From contig JAJYDO010000003.1 in the NCBI GenBank assembly GCA_021777355.1, positions 8,332-72,331 on the forward strand: 64,000 nucleotides of DNA, in the 5' to 3' direction. Position numbers and translations under genes: made by a program. The stretch is from Actinomycetes bacterium (GTDB lineage: Bacteria > Actinomycetota > Acidimicrobiia > Acidimicrobiales > JABEUL01). Below, piece by piece: positions 25,863-34,800 of this stretch; within the stretch, counting starts at the first letter, position 1, and each line of letters opens with the position of its first letter. The notes beneath the pieces were generated by a model, which was given only the letters and a program-made list of their open reading frames with translations, searched no databases and was not told the origin of the DNA.

Positions 25863-27518
25863 CTAGGCTGGTTTTCCTCCGGGACAGAACGCATTGGCCG
25901 GAACTCCCTTGCACGGATTTGGCATGGTCGGCAGATTTGTCGGGAGGGGATGCATGACTACTTGCGTGGCCGGGGGGTAGTGAGCCCCGGCTGGGCACGG
26001 CAGAATCTTGGTGTCACATAGGAGTTGATTGAGCAAGTTCGAGTCAGTACTTGTAGCAGTGGCGATCGGGCCGCACTTTGATTGGACTTGCTCAAGGTTA
26101 GACGGAGTGTAGCCGTCAGGTGCGGTATTTCCCGAGTAGCAGTTCTGTGGCAGATTTGCCGCCAAAGTCAGCTGTCCGAAGTCCCCGTTTGAGGGATTGC
26201 CGAAAAAGCCGTTATGGCTAAAAGTATTGTTCAAAAGGGCATCGCCTTCAGGCTCGTAAACACATCCAAAGCCAGATATTTCAGTCCCGCCGCTGTTGGA
26301 GCAGGTCACGCCTTTAAAGGGTTTGTCTGAATCGGGGAATGGAATAAAGAGCACTCCCCATGCGCCGTTATTTGAAAAAGTGTTGTCCATGACGGTGTCA
26401 TTTCGCCCACCAGATACTGTCATTCCTGTTCCCAGAGGACCTGCACTTGCATAACCTGGAGCTTCCGGAGCGTTGGGATTGTTGTTGTCATGAACATTGT
26501 TGTCCATGAACACCCAGCATGAATGCGTATGAGTGATCGGAGAAATTTGATTGTTAGGGCAGTCCCCGTTTTGTGGGGGCGGTGGATCCCCTCCGATTTG
26601 GGTGTTGGTGTCAAAACCATCCTGGTTGTTGTCAAATTGCGAGTTCTTGATCACAATTGCTCCTCCGGAGTTGGTACCAGAGTATCCCAAAGCGTTATAC
26701 TCCATCCAGGCATTTGAAATAGTTATGTCGCAAACTTGCTGGCAGGCACCTACATAAGTACCCGAGTCATTGAAGTTGCTTGCATAGATATTGTCCCATG
26801 ACGCAGGACCCGCAGCCGAGTTGGCAAAAATTCCATATGTGGCATCTTCATTAATGGGTCCGTAGTAGGTGGAGGTTGCATTTAGATAACTTCCCCAGTA
26901 ACCGGTCATTCCAATCTTTCCGGTCCCGGAACCTCCGTCCCACCATATTTCATTTCCATTTCCTTGGCCTGCGAGGTAGTTGCAAACGGTAAGGTTTTCG
27001 ACCCAAACGTCGTTGGCCTTATAAACCAAAATTCCGTTTCGACCAAGTGGCTTTCCGTTGGACCCTAGGGCACCTAGCTCCTGGTCATTTGGATTTGATG
27101 AACAGGCAGGTGATCCCGGCTTTGTTCCATCAACGATGGTGGTGTTTCTATCCATGCCAATAATGTGGATGTCAGGGGTAGTTACGAGCACTCCTCCAAT
27201 CTCGCCTAACGAAGCCTGGGCATCTGTCGGAGGATGAGTCAAGTCGTCTGTTTCGTGATAGTCACCTGGTGCTACCAGAATCCAATCGCCGGGTTTCGCC
27301 GCGTCAACTGCAGCTTGAATAGTTGAATACTGGCCATGCACTCCGTTAAGTGTTCCTACGAGTAACACATGCCCAGTTGGCGTTGATGACGAATAATTGT
27401 TTGGATTTCCAGAGTTGCTGGACGAACTGCAAGCCGCAAGTACTCCCCCAGCTGCAATTAGAGCCACCAAAATTCGCACCTTTTGTGCGAAAAAAGCCCT
27501 GGTTAATGAAAAATTCAT
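25863..27518 (-). CDS. Lipoprotein with right-handed parallel beta-helix repeats
   Basis: Signal and lipobox: LIAAGGVLAAC-SSSS. There are many Asn/Gly-rich beta-helix turns (NNQDGFD, HDNNNPN, FSNNGAWG, FSHNGFFGN). Confidence 0.7.
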   Translation of the reverse strand: MNFSLTRAFFAQKVRILVALIAAGGVLAACSSSSNSGNPNNYSSSTPTGHVLLVGTLNGVHGQYSTIQAAVDAAKPGDWILVAPGDYHETDDLTHPPTDAQASLGEIGGVLVTTPDIHIIGMDRNTTIVDGTKPGSPACSSNPNDQELGALGSNGKPLGRNGILVYKANDVWVENLTVCNYLAGQGNGNEIWWDGGSGTGKIGMTGYWGSYLNATSTYYGPINEDATYGIFANSAAGPASWDNIYASNFNDSGTYVGACQQVCDITISNAWMEYNALGYSGTNSGGAIVIKNSQFDNNQDGFDTNTQIGGDPPPPQNGDCPNNQISPITHTHSCWVFMDNNVHDNNNPNAPEAPGYASAGPLGTGMTVSGGRNDTVMDNTFSNNGAWGVLFIPFPDSDKPFKGVTCSNSGGTEISGFGCVYEPEGDALLNNTFSHNGFFGNPSNGDFGQLTLAANLPQNCYSGNTAPDGYTPSNLEQVQSKCGPIATATSTDSNLLNQLLCDTKILPCPAGAHYPPATQVVMHPLPTNLPTMPNPCKGVPANAFCPGGKPA

Positions 27519-27626
27519 ATGATCCTTCCTTTAGACCCACGACCCTCCCCGGGCCCTGACACAATGACTATACAATAACAAAGTGTGCAATGCCACAAAA
27601 GTTTCATTTTTTTTTGACAAACTCTT

Positions 27627-28904
27627 TCAGGCGAAAAACCCCGCAAGCGTTTGAATCAAAACAATTGCGCACAATGCACTAACTGAAACGGTCACTACCG
27701 TTGCGACAACTTTGAAAACTCTCCCGTTTGCCGCCTTTCCAAGAAGAGATTTCTTATTGGCCAGTGCCAAGATAAAAATCAAGATAATCGGAGTAATAAA
27801 TCCCTGCAGCACCTGGGTTGAAATCAATAAGCCAATTAGGTTGAAAGGAAGAAGAGCGACAAGTGCGCCAATAAGCATCTGAATGGAAAAGGTTCCCAAA
27901 AAAAGTGGCGCTTCCTTAAAACTCCTTGATACCGAACGGCCTGTGCCAATGGCTTCGGCCAAGGCGTAAGAAGTGGAAAGTGGTACTACACCTGCAGCTA
28001 AAGCCGAAGCTCCCAATAGCCCCAATCCAAAGAGTATCTTGGCTCCGCTTCCAGCCACCGGCTGAAGTGCCAGCGCTGCTTGTGCGGCACTGTTTAAAGG
28101 CCCGGTGCCACCGATCGCGGCAGCTGTTGCAATAATCATGAAAATTGACATTACATCGGCAAAAATTGCTCCTCCAATCGAATCAATTCTCTCCAAGCGG
28201 TAATCATCGGGCCCGATTCCTCTGTCCACTACCCCGGCGGCCGCAAAAAGTTGCATGTAGGGAGAGATAGTGGTTCCGATTAAGGCAACACCTAAAAGAA
28301 TAAAGCTGGAAGACGTTAAAAAATGTGGTGCGACGGTGTTGCTGGCAACTTGTGACCAATGGGGTTTGGCCATAATGGCGGCAATCGGGTATGAGAAAAA
28401 AGCGAGCGAGAGAATCAAAAATATTCTCTCTGCATATTTGTAGCTCCCAAAAAGCACCATAGCCCAAATAACGACTGCCGAAATTGGAATTGAAATGTAT
28501 TTGGAAACTCCAAATAATTCAAATGCTCCGCCAATTCCTGCGAACTCGGTTACCACCAAACCTACGTTGGCTATAAAGAGAGCAGACATAGCCAAAAAGG
28601 TGAGGCGAAGCGAAAACTCTTCTCTAACGAGAGCCATAATTCCCTTGCCGGTGTATGCACCTAGCCTGGTTGCCATCTCCTGGACTACCACTAGTCCTAC
28701 GGTGACTAAAACCATAAAAAAAAGTGTCCTGTAGGCAAATTGAGATCCAGCCGAGGCATACGTAGCTATCCCACCTGCGTCATTGCCCGCGTTTGCAGCA
28801 ATTAAACCAGGTCCGGCTATTGCTAAAAATCCAAGGTGCCTCCTCCACCATGACTTCCTGGCCCTAGACTCGGATGAAGAAACGAGTTTTTTCGAAGTGG
28901 TCAC
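27627..28904 (-). CDS. Nramp-fold transporter with a non-canonical metal site (NRMT-like)
   Basis: The N-terminus AGPGLIAANAGNDAGGIATYASAGSQFAY aligns by eye with the Nramp TM1 block GPG...DPGN, and there are 11-12 TM helices. TM1 reads DAGG instead of DPGN, and TM6 reads GTTISPY instead of GAxxMPH. The GTG start overlaps the upstream stop as GTGA. Confidence 0.8.
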   Translation of the reverse strand: MTTSKKLVSSSESRARKSWWRRHLGFLAIAGPGLIAANAGNDAGGIATYASAGSQFAYRTLFFMVLVTVGLVVVQEMATRLGAYTGKGIMALVREEFSLRLTFLAMSALFIANVGLVVTEFAGIGGAFELFGVSKYISIPISAVVIWAMVLFGSYKYAERIFLILSLAFFSYPIAAIMAKPHWSQVASNTVAPHFLTSSSFILLGVALIGTTISPYMQLFAAAGVVDRGIGPDDYRLERIDSIGGAIFADVMSIFMIIATAAAIGGTGPLNSAAQAALALQPVAGSGAKILFGLGLLGASALAAGVVPLSTSYALAEAIGTGRSVSRSFKEAPLFLGTFSIQMLIGALVALLPFNLIGLLISTQVLQGFITPIILIFILALANKKSLLGKAANGRVFKVVATVVTVSVSALCAIVLIQTLAGFFA

Positions 28905-30256
28905 TGCAGAAGCCTCGGAAAGTGCAGCTTTGCCTTCCCAGGTATCAAAGCATCAATAACGTCGTCGGCCAGAATACGCCCAATTGGTGTGTTGCCGTCA
29001 TCTACTACAAGAATGGATGAACGCCTAGATTCAACAAGTTGGCGGGCGACTTCATCAACCGCAGCATCTACTCTGACTGTGACCGGCCGCTCTCTTTGTT
29101 CAATTGCACTTAGCGTACTTGCCGGCTCAGCCATTAAAAGGTCGACCAAAGGACAGTCCCACTCCAAGATTCCATTTTCATCCACTACCGCAACCGCATC
29201 AATTTCGGAACCATGTTCGACGCTGGCTCGAATCATTTCGATTGCGTCGGCAACCGTATGGGATGATGTGACAACAATTACATGCGAAGTCATGAAGCCA
29301 CCAGCTTGGTCCTCTGGATAGGAGAGCAACTCCTCTAATTCGTGGGCTTTTTCATCTTCCATATGTGAGAGAATCTCGCTGCTTTCATCTTTTGACAGAT
29401 CTCTTAGTGCATCAACAGCTTCGTCAGGTTCCATGGACGACAAGAGTTGTGCGGCTTTTTTAGGATCTGACTCTCTAAGAAGATTTTCCAACTCCTCCGG
29501 ATCCATCTCCTCAAGAGCATCTGCCGCATTCCCGGTATCAAGAACCCGCAGAAGTTCCTGGCGCTGGCCGCGACCAAGATCTTCGAGCAAGTCCGCGAGC
29601 TCTCCGGGTCGAAGCCTGTGAAGGCCTTCGTTTGAGGCCTTCAGGCGGACAGAAGATACTGCATCGCCTTCCTCGTAATCAATATCTTCAAAGGGCTGGA
29701 TTGCCGCCCAGTCAATTACTTGGTCGGGCGTGGGCCTTTTGCGCAGTGATTTGGGCCCAAGCCGCCTCAGAAGTGAAGACATGCCAACGTCCACCCCGAC
29801 CAAACGCAGATTTCCAAGTATAGGAGCAACATAAAGATCGCTAGCTCTAACCACTTGTACTCCGTCAACATCTACCAGTTGATGGTCAAGTACGTCTTTA
29901 GTGAGCCTTACTTCCCCGCTGCGCTTTTCAAAATCCCTGAGGTCCACCTTTGAGCTCTTTAACTGAATCAATGCTTTGGTGATCTCTGCCACGTCTACCA
30001 TATCTACATAGACAAGCCTTCTGCCTACCCGAACCACCAGTCCAGAAATCGGCGGGTACTGTTCCGACTCACGCCACCTCGCAACCATGTCTACCAAAGT
30101 CCCAACCGGCTGCATTGATTGGTTAATTACAGGATTTCCAATAAGACCAGCTAGTGACATTATTGCATCTCTTACCCCTCTTCGGTCAAGCGCGCGCTGA
30201 GACCTTATTTGTCGACGATTGGACCTATTGATAGACAACGAAGGGCGAAAAACCAT
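28901..30256 (-). CDS. Soluble PRC-barrel / MgtE_N / tandem-CBS protein (MgtE cytosolic module without a pore domain)
   Basis: The acidic helical MgtE_N region is ELADLLEDLGRGQRQELLRVLD...EPDEAVDALRDLSKDE...YPEDQAGGFMTS. A CBS pair follows (VVDENGILE..., ILVVDDGNTPIGRILADDVIDAL). The protein ends 12 aa later with no TM segment. Confidence 0.8.
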   Translation of the reverse strand: MVFRPSLSINRSNRRQIRSQRALDRRGVRDAIMSLAGLIGNPVINQSMQPVGTLVDMVARWRESEQYPPISGLVVRVGRRLVYVDMVDVAEITKALIQLKSSKVDLRDFEKRSGEVRLTKDVLDHQLVDVDGVQVVRASDLYVAPILGNLRLVGVDVGMSSLLRRLGPKSLRKRPTPDQVIDWAAIQPFEDIDYEEGDAVSSVRLKASNEGLHRLRPGELADLLEDLGRGQRQELLRVLDTGNAADALEEMDPEELENLLRESDPKKAAQLLSSMEPDEAVDALRDLSKDESSEILSHMEDEKAHELEELLSYPEDQAGGFMTSHVIVVTSSHTVADAIEMIRASVEHGSEIDAVAVVDENGILEWDCPLVDLLMAEPASTLSAIEQRERPVTVRVDAAVDEVARQLVESRRSSILVVDDGNTPIGRILADDVIDALIPGKAKLHFPRLLQ

Positions 30257-30521
30257 GGGAGGCTCCTTTGGAACGTGATGCAGAACATTGATGTAGCCGG
30301 TTGGCTCACTTTGCTGGATCCGTCACGCCGTCCCACTTTGGCGCTATTAACCGTCCTAATTTGAACAGATCAAGAAGGATAAGGTGTAGCGAGGTGGGCC
30401 CGACGCGACATAATACTTGGGGGCTGGTCACTAATCATGGCTGTCACCTCCTCTAGAAAGACCTTGGATGTCAAAAGACATTCTAGTCTAGCGCATCTGG
30501 GGGCACCATTGGGTAGCCAAG

Positions 30522-31799
30522 TTAGCTTATATCGCTAAGACCTAAATTTGTTGCAGCAACACTCTTGGCTTGGCGGGAGTTCCTTAGGACGAGTGCAGCA
30601 ATTAAAGCTGAAGCCACCGTAGCTATTCCACCGAGTGCCACTGCGCTTCTGGGCCCGAACTGGCTTGCCACCACGCTGATTAGCAGCGATCCGATTGGTG
30701 TAGTCCCCAAAAAAGCCACTGCAAACAACGACATCACGCGTCCCCGATATTCAGCCTGGGCTTGAAGCTGCAATGTTGAATTGGAGATTGCAATGTAGGC
30801 AATGCTTGCTGCTCCCATTGGAAGAATCACAAATTCAGCCAGCAAAAGATTCGGCGCAAATGCAAGCGAAGTAAGGAGCAAGCCAAATACCCCGGCAGAA
30901 ATTACAAATGCACTTTTGGTAGTTCGCTTCCTGGACGCTACCATCAGTCCTCCCGCCACTGCGCCTGCTCCCATCACGGCAAAAAGAGATCCTGAACCAG
31001 CTGCACTTTGATGAAAAGTCTCTCTTCCGAGCAAAAGAAGAGTTACTTGAAAGTTGTATGCCAAAAGGCCTACTACCGTCATGACAATTAAGGGAATGAA
31101 TAAGTTTGGACTTCTCCTAACATAGTTAAAGCCATCTCTTAGCTGATGAGGAGCTCGCTCGATTGGCGGTTTCCTAAAGAGGTCTTTTGGATTCATAAGG
31201 GCTAGGGCCATTAACACTGCTGCAAACGATCCTGAATTAAAGAAAAAACAGGTCTGCAGGCCTAGCGTTCCTATTAGAACTCCTCCAACTCCGGGACCTA
31301 CTACACGGGCCAAGTTCATCAAGACCGAATTTAGGCTTATTGCATTAGACAGCACTTCGGGTCCGACCATATCCATCACAAATGACTGGCGCGTCGGATT
31401 ATCTATTACATTTACACAGCCTAAAAGGCAGGCTAAGGCGATCACGAGGCCAACCGACTCCATGTGAAAAGCGGTCGCAAACCCTAGGGCCAACGCCAGC
31501 AAGGCTGAGATGCCTTGAGTAAAAAACAGAAGAGATCGCTTGTCATGCCTGTCGGCAATTAGACCTCCCCAAGGTCCAAAAATAAGCACAGGGGTAAATT
31601 GAGCAGCCGCCACAAATCCCAGGGCAACAGCATTATCATGCGTGAGATTTAAGACCAGCCATCCTTGGGCGAAAGTCTGCATCCAAGTACCGCTCATAGA
31701 AATAACCTGGCCAATAAAGTAAAGTCGATAGTTTCTAACAGACAGTGACTTGAAAGTACGCTTGACGACCTGGCTTTTGACCGGATTGAACGTTATCAT
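30522..31799 (-). CDS. MFS transporter (EntS/MFS_3-like)
   Basis: 12 TM helices with N-terminus SVRNYRLYFIGQVISMSGTWMQ and GGLIADRHDKR in loop 2-3. The start is moved to ATG 31799 (MITFNPVK...). Confidence 0.8.
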   Translation of the reverse strand: MITFNPVKSQVVKRTFKSLSVRNYRLYFIGQVISMSGTWMQTFAQGWLVLNLTHDNAVALGFVAAAQFTPVLIFGPWGGLIADRHDKRSLLFFTQGISALLALALGFATAFHMESVGLVIALACLLGCVNVIDNPTRQSFVMDMVGPEVLSNAISLNSVLMNLARVVGPGVGGVLIGTLGLQTCFFFNSGSFAAVLMALALMNPKDLFRKPPIERAPHQLRDGFNYVRRSPNLFIPLIVMTVVGLLAYNFQVTLLLLGRETFHQSAAGSGSLFAVMGAGAVAGGLMVASRKRTTKSAFVISAGVFGLLLTSLAFAPNLLLAEFVILPMGAASIAYIAISNSTLQLQAQAEYRGRVMSLFAVAFLGTTPIGSLLISVVASQFGPRSAVALGGIATVASALIAALVLRNSRQAKSVAATNLGLSDIS

Positions 31800-31867
31800 C
31801 AAAATAGATCTTAGAGGGAGCTCCCTATTCCCGAGCATGCAGCCCACAATTGATCTAACCTATTTAC

Positions 31868-34800
31868 ATGTTTAAGTGGTCCAAATTGCTTTTCTCTGTT
31901 TTTACAATACTGTCAAGTGTAACAGTGCCCATTTTTATACACGTAGAGAAATCCTATGCAGTGACTCCTTCTCAAGCGCCTTTTGTTTTGGCCGGCAAAA
32001 TAGGATCCAAGTCAATGCCCTCAAAAGCTGTTGCATGCCCAAGCAACGGTGCCTGTCTCGCAGTCGGGCAGTATGCATCGCAATTAGGCGCCGCAATTAC
32101 TTCTTTAAACAGCGGAGGAACATGGAACAACTCAACGATTCCAAATAATATCTCCAACCTAAATGGCGTATCGTGTACGTCAGCCACCACCTGCATAGCG
32201 ATTGGGACTTATTTAAACGGCGCGCCGCTTGTGATCACGACTACCGATTTTGGATCTACCTGGTCAACAGGAACTCTTCCAGGTGGCATCGGAGCCCTAA
32301 ATACGCTGGCATGCGGAGTAGGAGGCAACTGTCTGGTATCGGGCTTTGCGAAGGGATCACCAATTGTGCTGTCTTCCAATAATCAAGGAAGTACTTGGGT
32401 CCAAGATGCGATTCCCTCAGATACCGCAAATATATTTAGCATCAGCTGCGGATCCGCCCAGTCATGCGTTGGAGTTGGAACTTCATCGAGTGGCACTCCT
32501 TTGACCATTTACACCAGCAATGGTGGAAGCAGCTTTTTGCAAGGATACACACTCAATGGTTTAAATAGTTTTACTGCAATTTCTTGTTCCACATCAACTA
32601 ATTGCGAAGCAGTCGGATACGGGGCATTTACGCCGGTGGATCTGGTTACGACTAACTCAGGCGCCAATTGGAATCTAGGGAAATTGCCATCTTCGCTTCC
32701 CAGCCTTTCATGGACAGGTATTGTATGCGGTTCTTCTACAGATTGCATTCTAATTGGCCAAAATACTTCCACCAATACTTCTATGGATTACTACACATTG
32801 AATGGTGCGGCCTCGTTTTCGGGTCCTATCTACAATTCGGGTGCTTCAACGTATAGCGCTATAGCTTGTTACGCTGCAGCTTGGTGCGTGGCCATGGGTT
32901 CTGATCCGACAAATGGAACTAACATCGCATTTAAGACCCTAACCGGTGGGGGCACCTGGTATCTAGGATATGTCCCTAACGGAGCAAATCAATTCCAAGC
33001 TACATCATGTGCATCCTATTTGAACTGCGTCCTCGTGGGAGAAGGCACCATCTATTCCTCTTCAAATGCCGGAGGGACATGGGCATCGGTTGCGCTTCCG
33101 TCAGTGGTTGCAGATGCAAACCTCGATTCAGTTAGTTGTTTTAACTCTTCGAACTGCGTAGCTGTCGGAGCCAATCCTTCAAGCAGCGGAGTTTCAATTT
33201 ATTCAACCGATGGCGGCAACACTTGGAATGTAGCCACCCTTCCGTCTGGAATTTCATCTTTAATTCAAGTCAGCTGTACCACTGCGTCAAATTGCATGGC
33301 AATAGGGTCTTCGACAAGTGGCGGCGCTGCTGTGATAGTTAGTTCGAACGGAGGAGCCAGTTGGTCAACAGTATCGGTTCCGTCGGTATTTTTGGTCTCA
33401 CAGGTTTCATGTGGATCTGGAACCAACTGCTTGATATTAGGATCGACATCGCAGGGAAATTACGTATTCCTCTCAACTGGCAACCTGGGATCCAGCTGGA
33501 CCCAGTCGAGCCCTCCAAGTGGCGTCTACCCTCTTTATCTTGCTTGCGACAATCACATCTGTGCCTCTGGATACTCGTCGTCTTCCTCGCAATACGACGG
33601 TGTCTTAATGTCTTCAAACAATGGAGTGAGTTGGAGTTTTGGATTATTAGGAGCTCAAATCTCAAAAATTATTGCAATTAGTTGTGCGGCAGAGGAAACC
33701 TGTAACTATTTAGGAGTATCCTCAAGTGGATCAGATGTTGTACTTTCAAGTTATAACGACTCTGGCATATGGGGCCTCGTATCAATAAATTCTCCTTTGG
33801 AAAACGCTGCCGCCCTAACGTGCGGCGAACCGGCATCATGTGCAATATTAGGCGCCGTCGGGACTCTTTGGCAGTACTTGGTGAGTCCGACGGCGGCAGT
33901 GATTGGAAGTGTTTCCCCCTCTATTGGGGTGGCGAATCAAACTCAGGCCGTCACGATAACTGGTTTTGGATTTACGGGGGCAACTCAAGTTTATTTTGGC
34001 GCATACCCCGCGGTGAGTTTCAGCGTTGTAAGCGACCAAGTAATTAACGCGGTAGCTCCATCTCAGGGAGTTGGTCGAGTAGACATATTTGTTACCACAG
34101 GCGAGGGAACTTCCGCTGCAATCCAAGATGATGGATTCTTATACCTGAATCCCGGTTCAACACACGCCGAGTCACCCGTCAGGATTGCCGATACCCGACC
34201 TGGTGCCACTGACCCGTCGACATATGCCGGGGATACTTTAGGCGCTGGTTCTACGTTGAGTATCCAAGTAAGCGGAGCAAATGGCGACAACGTTCCATCA
34301 GGTGCAATTGCGGTAGTTGCAAACATTACTGCAGTTGGTCCCACTCAGTCTGGCTACTTGACACTTTGGCCGTATGGAGTTTCCAGACCCCTTGCTTCTT
34401 CACTTAATTTTAATGCCGGTGAGTATGCCGTTGCGAATATGGCAATTATTCCATTAGGCCAAAACGGTGCTATTAACGTATACAACCCTTATGGAAACGT
34501 AGATGTATTAATTGATGTTCAAGGCTGGGTGGCATCTCCCACGGACACTTCGGGTTATTTCAATCCGATATCTCCGACTCGAATTGCAGATACCAGAAGC
34601 AATTCAGGATACTTTGGGCAAAATGGGACTCTAGGCCAGGGCGGGTCAATAACCATTCCTGTGGCAGGCCATGGGGGTGTGCCGAGTTCCGGCGTATCTT
34701 CAGTTGCATTCAACATAACAGTTGCAGATGGCACTGCTTCACAAGACTACATAACCGCGTATCCCGCTGGCACAACACAACCAACAGCATCAAACATAAA

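Noticed and set aside
30257-30521. 265-nt leader upstream of the MgtE_N-CBS/Nramp-like operon as an M-box or yybP-ykoY (Mn) riboswitch
   Set aside because: I could not find the conserved cores I remember for either class, such as GGGGAGUA for yybP-ykoY or the GGUGAGGCUCC-type M-box 5' strand. I found only generic short stems, for example GAGGTG...CACCTC. The region is worth an Rfam/Infernal scan, but I cannot support the call by eye.
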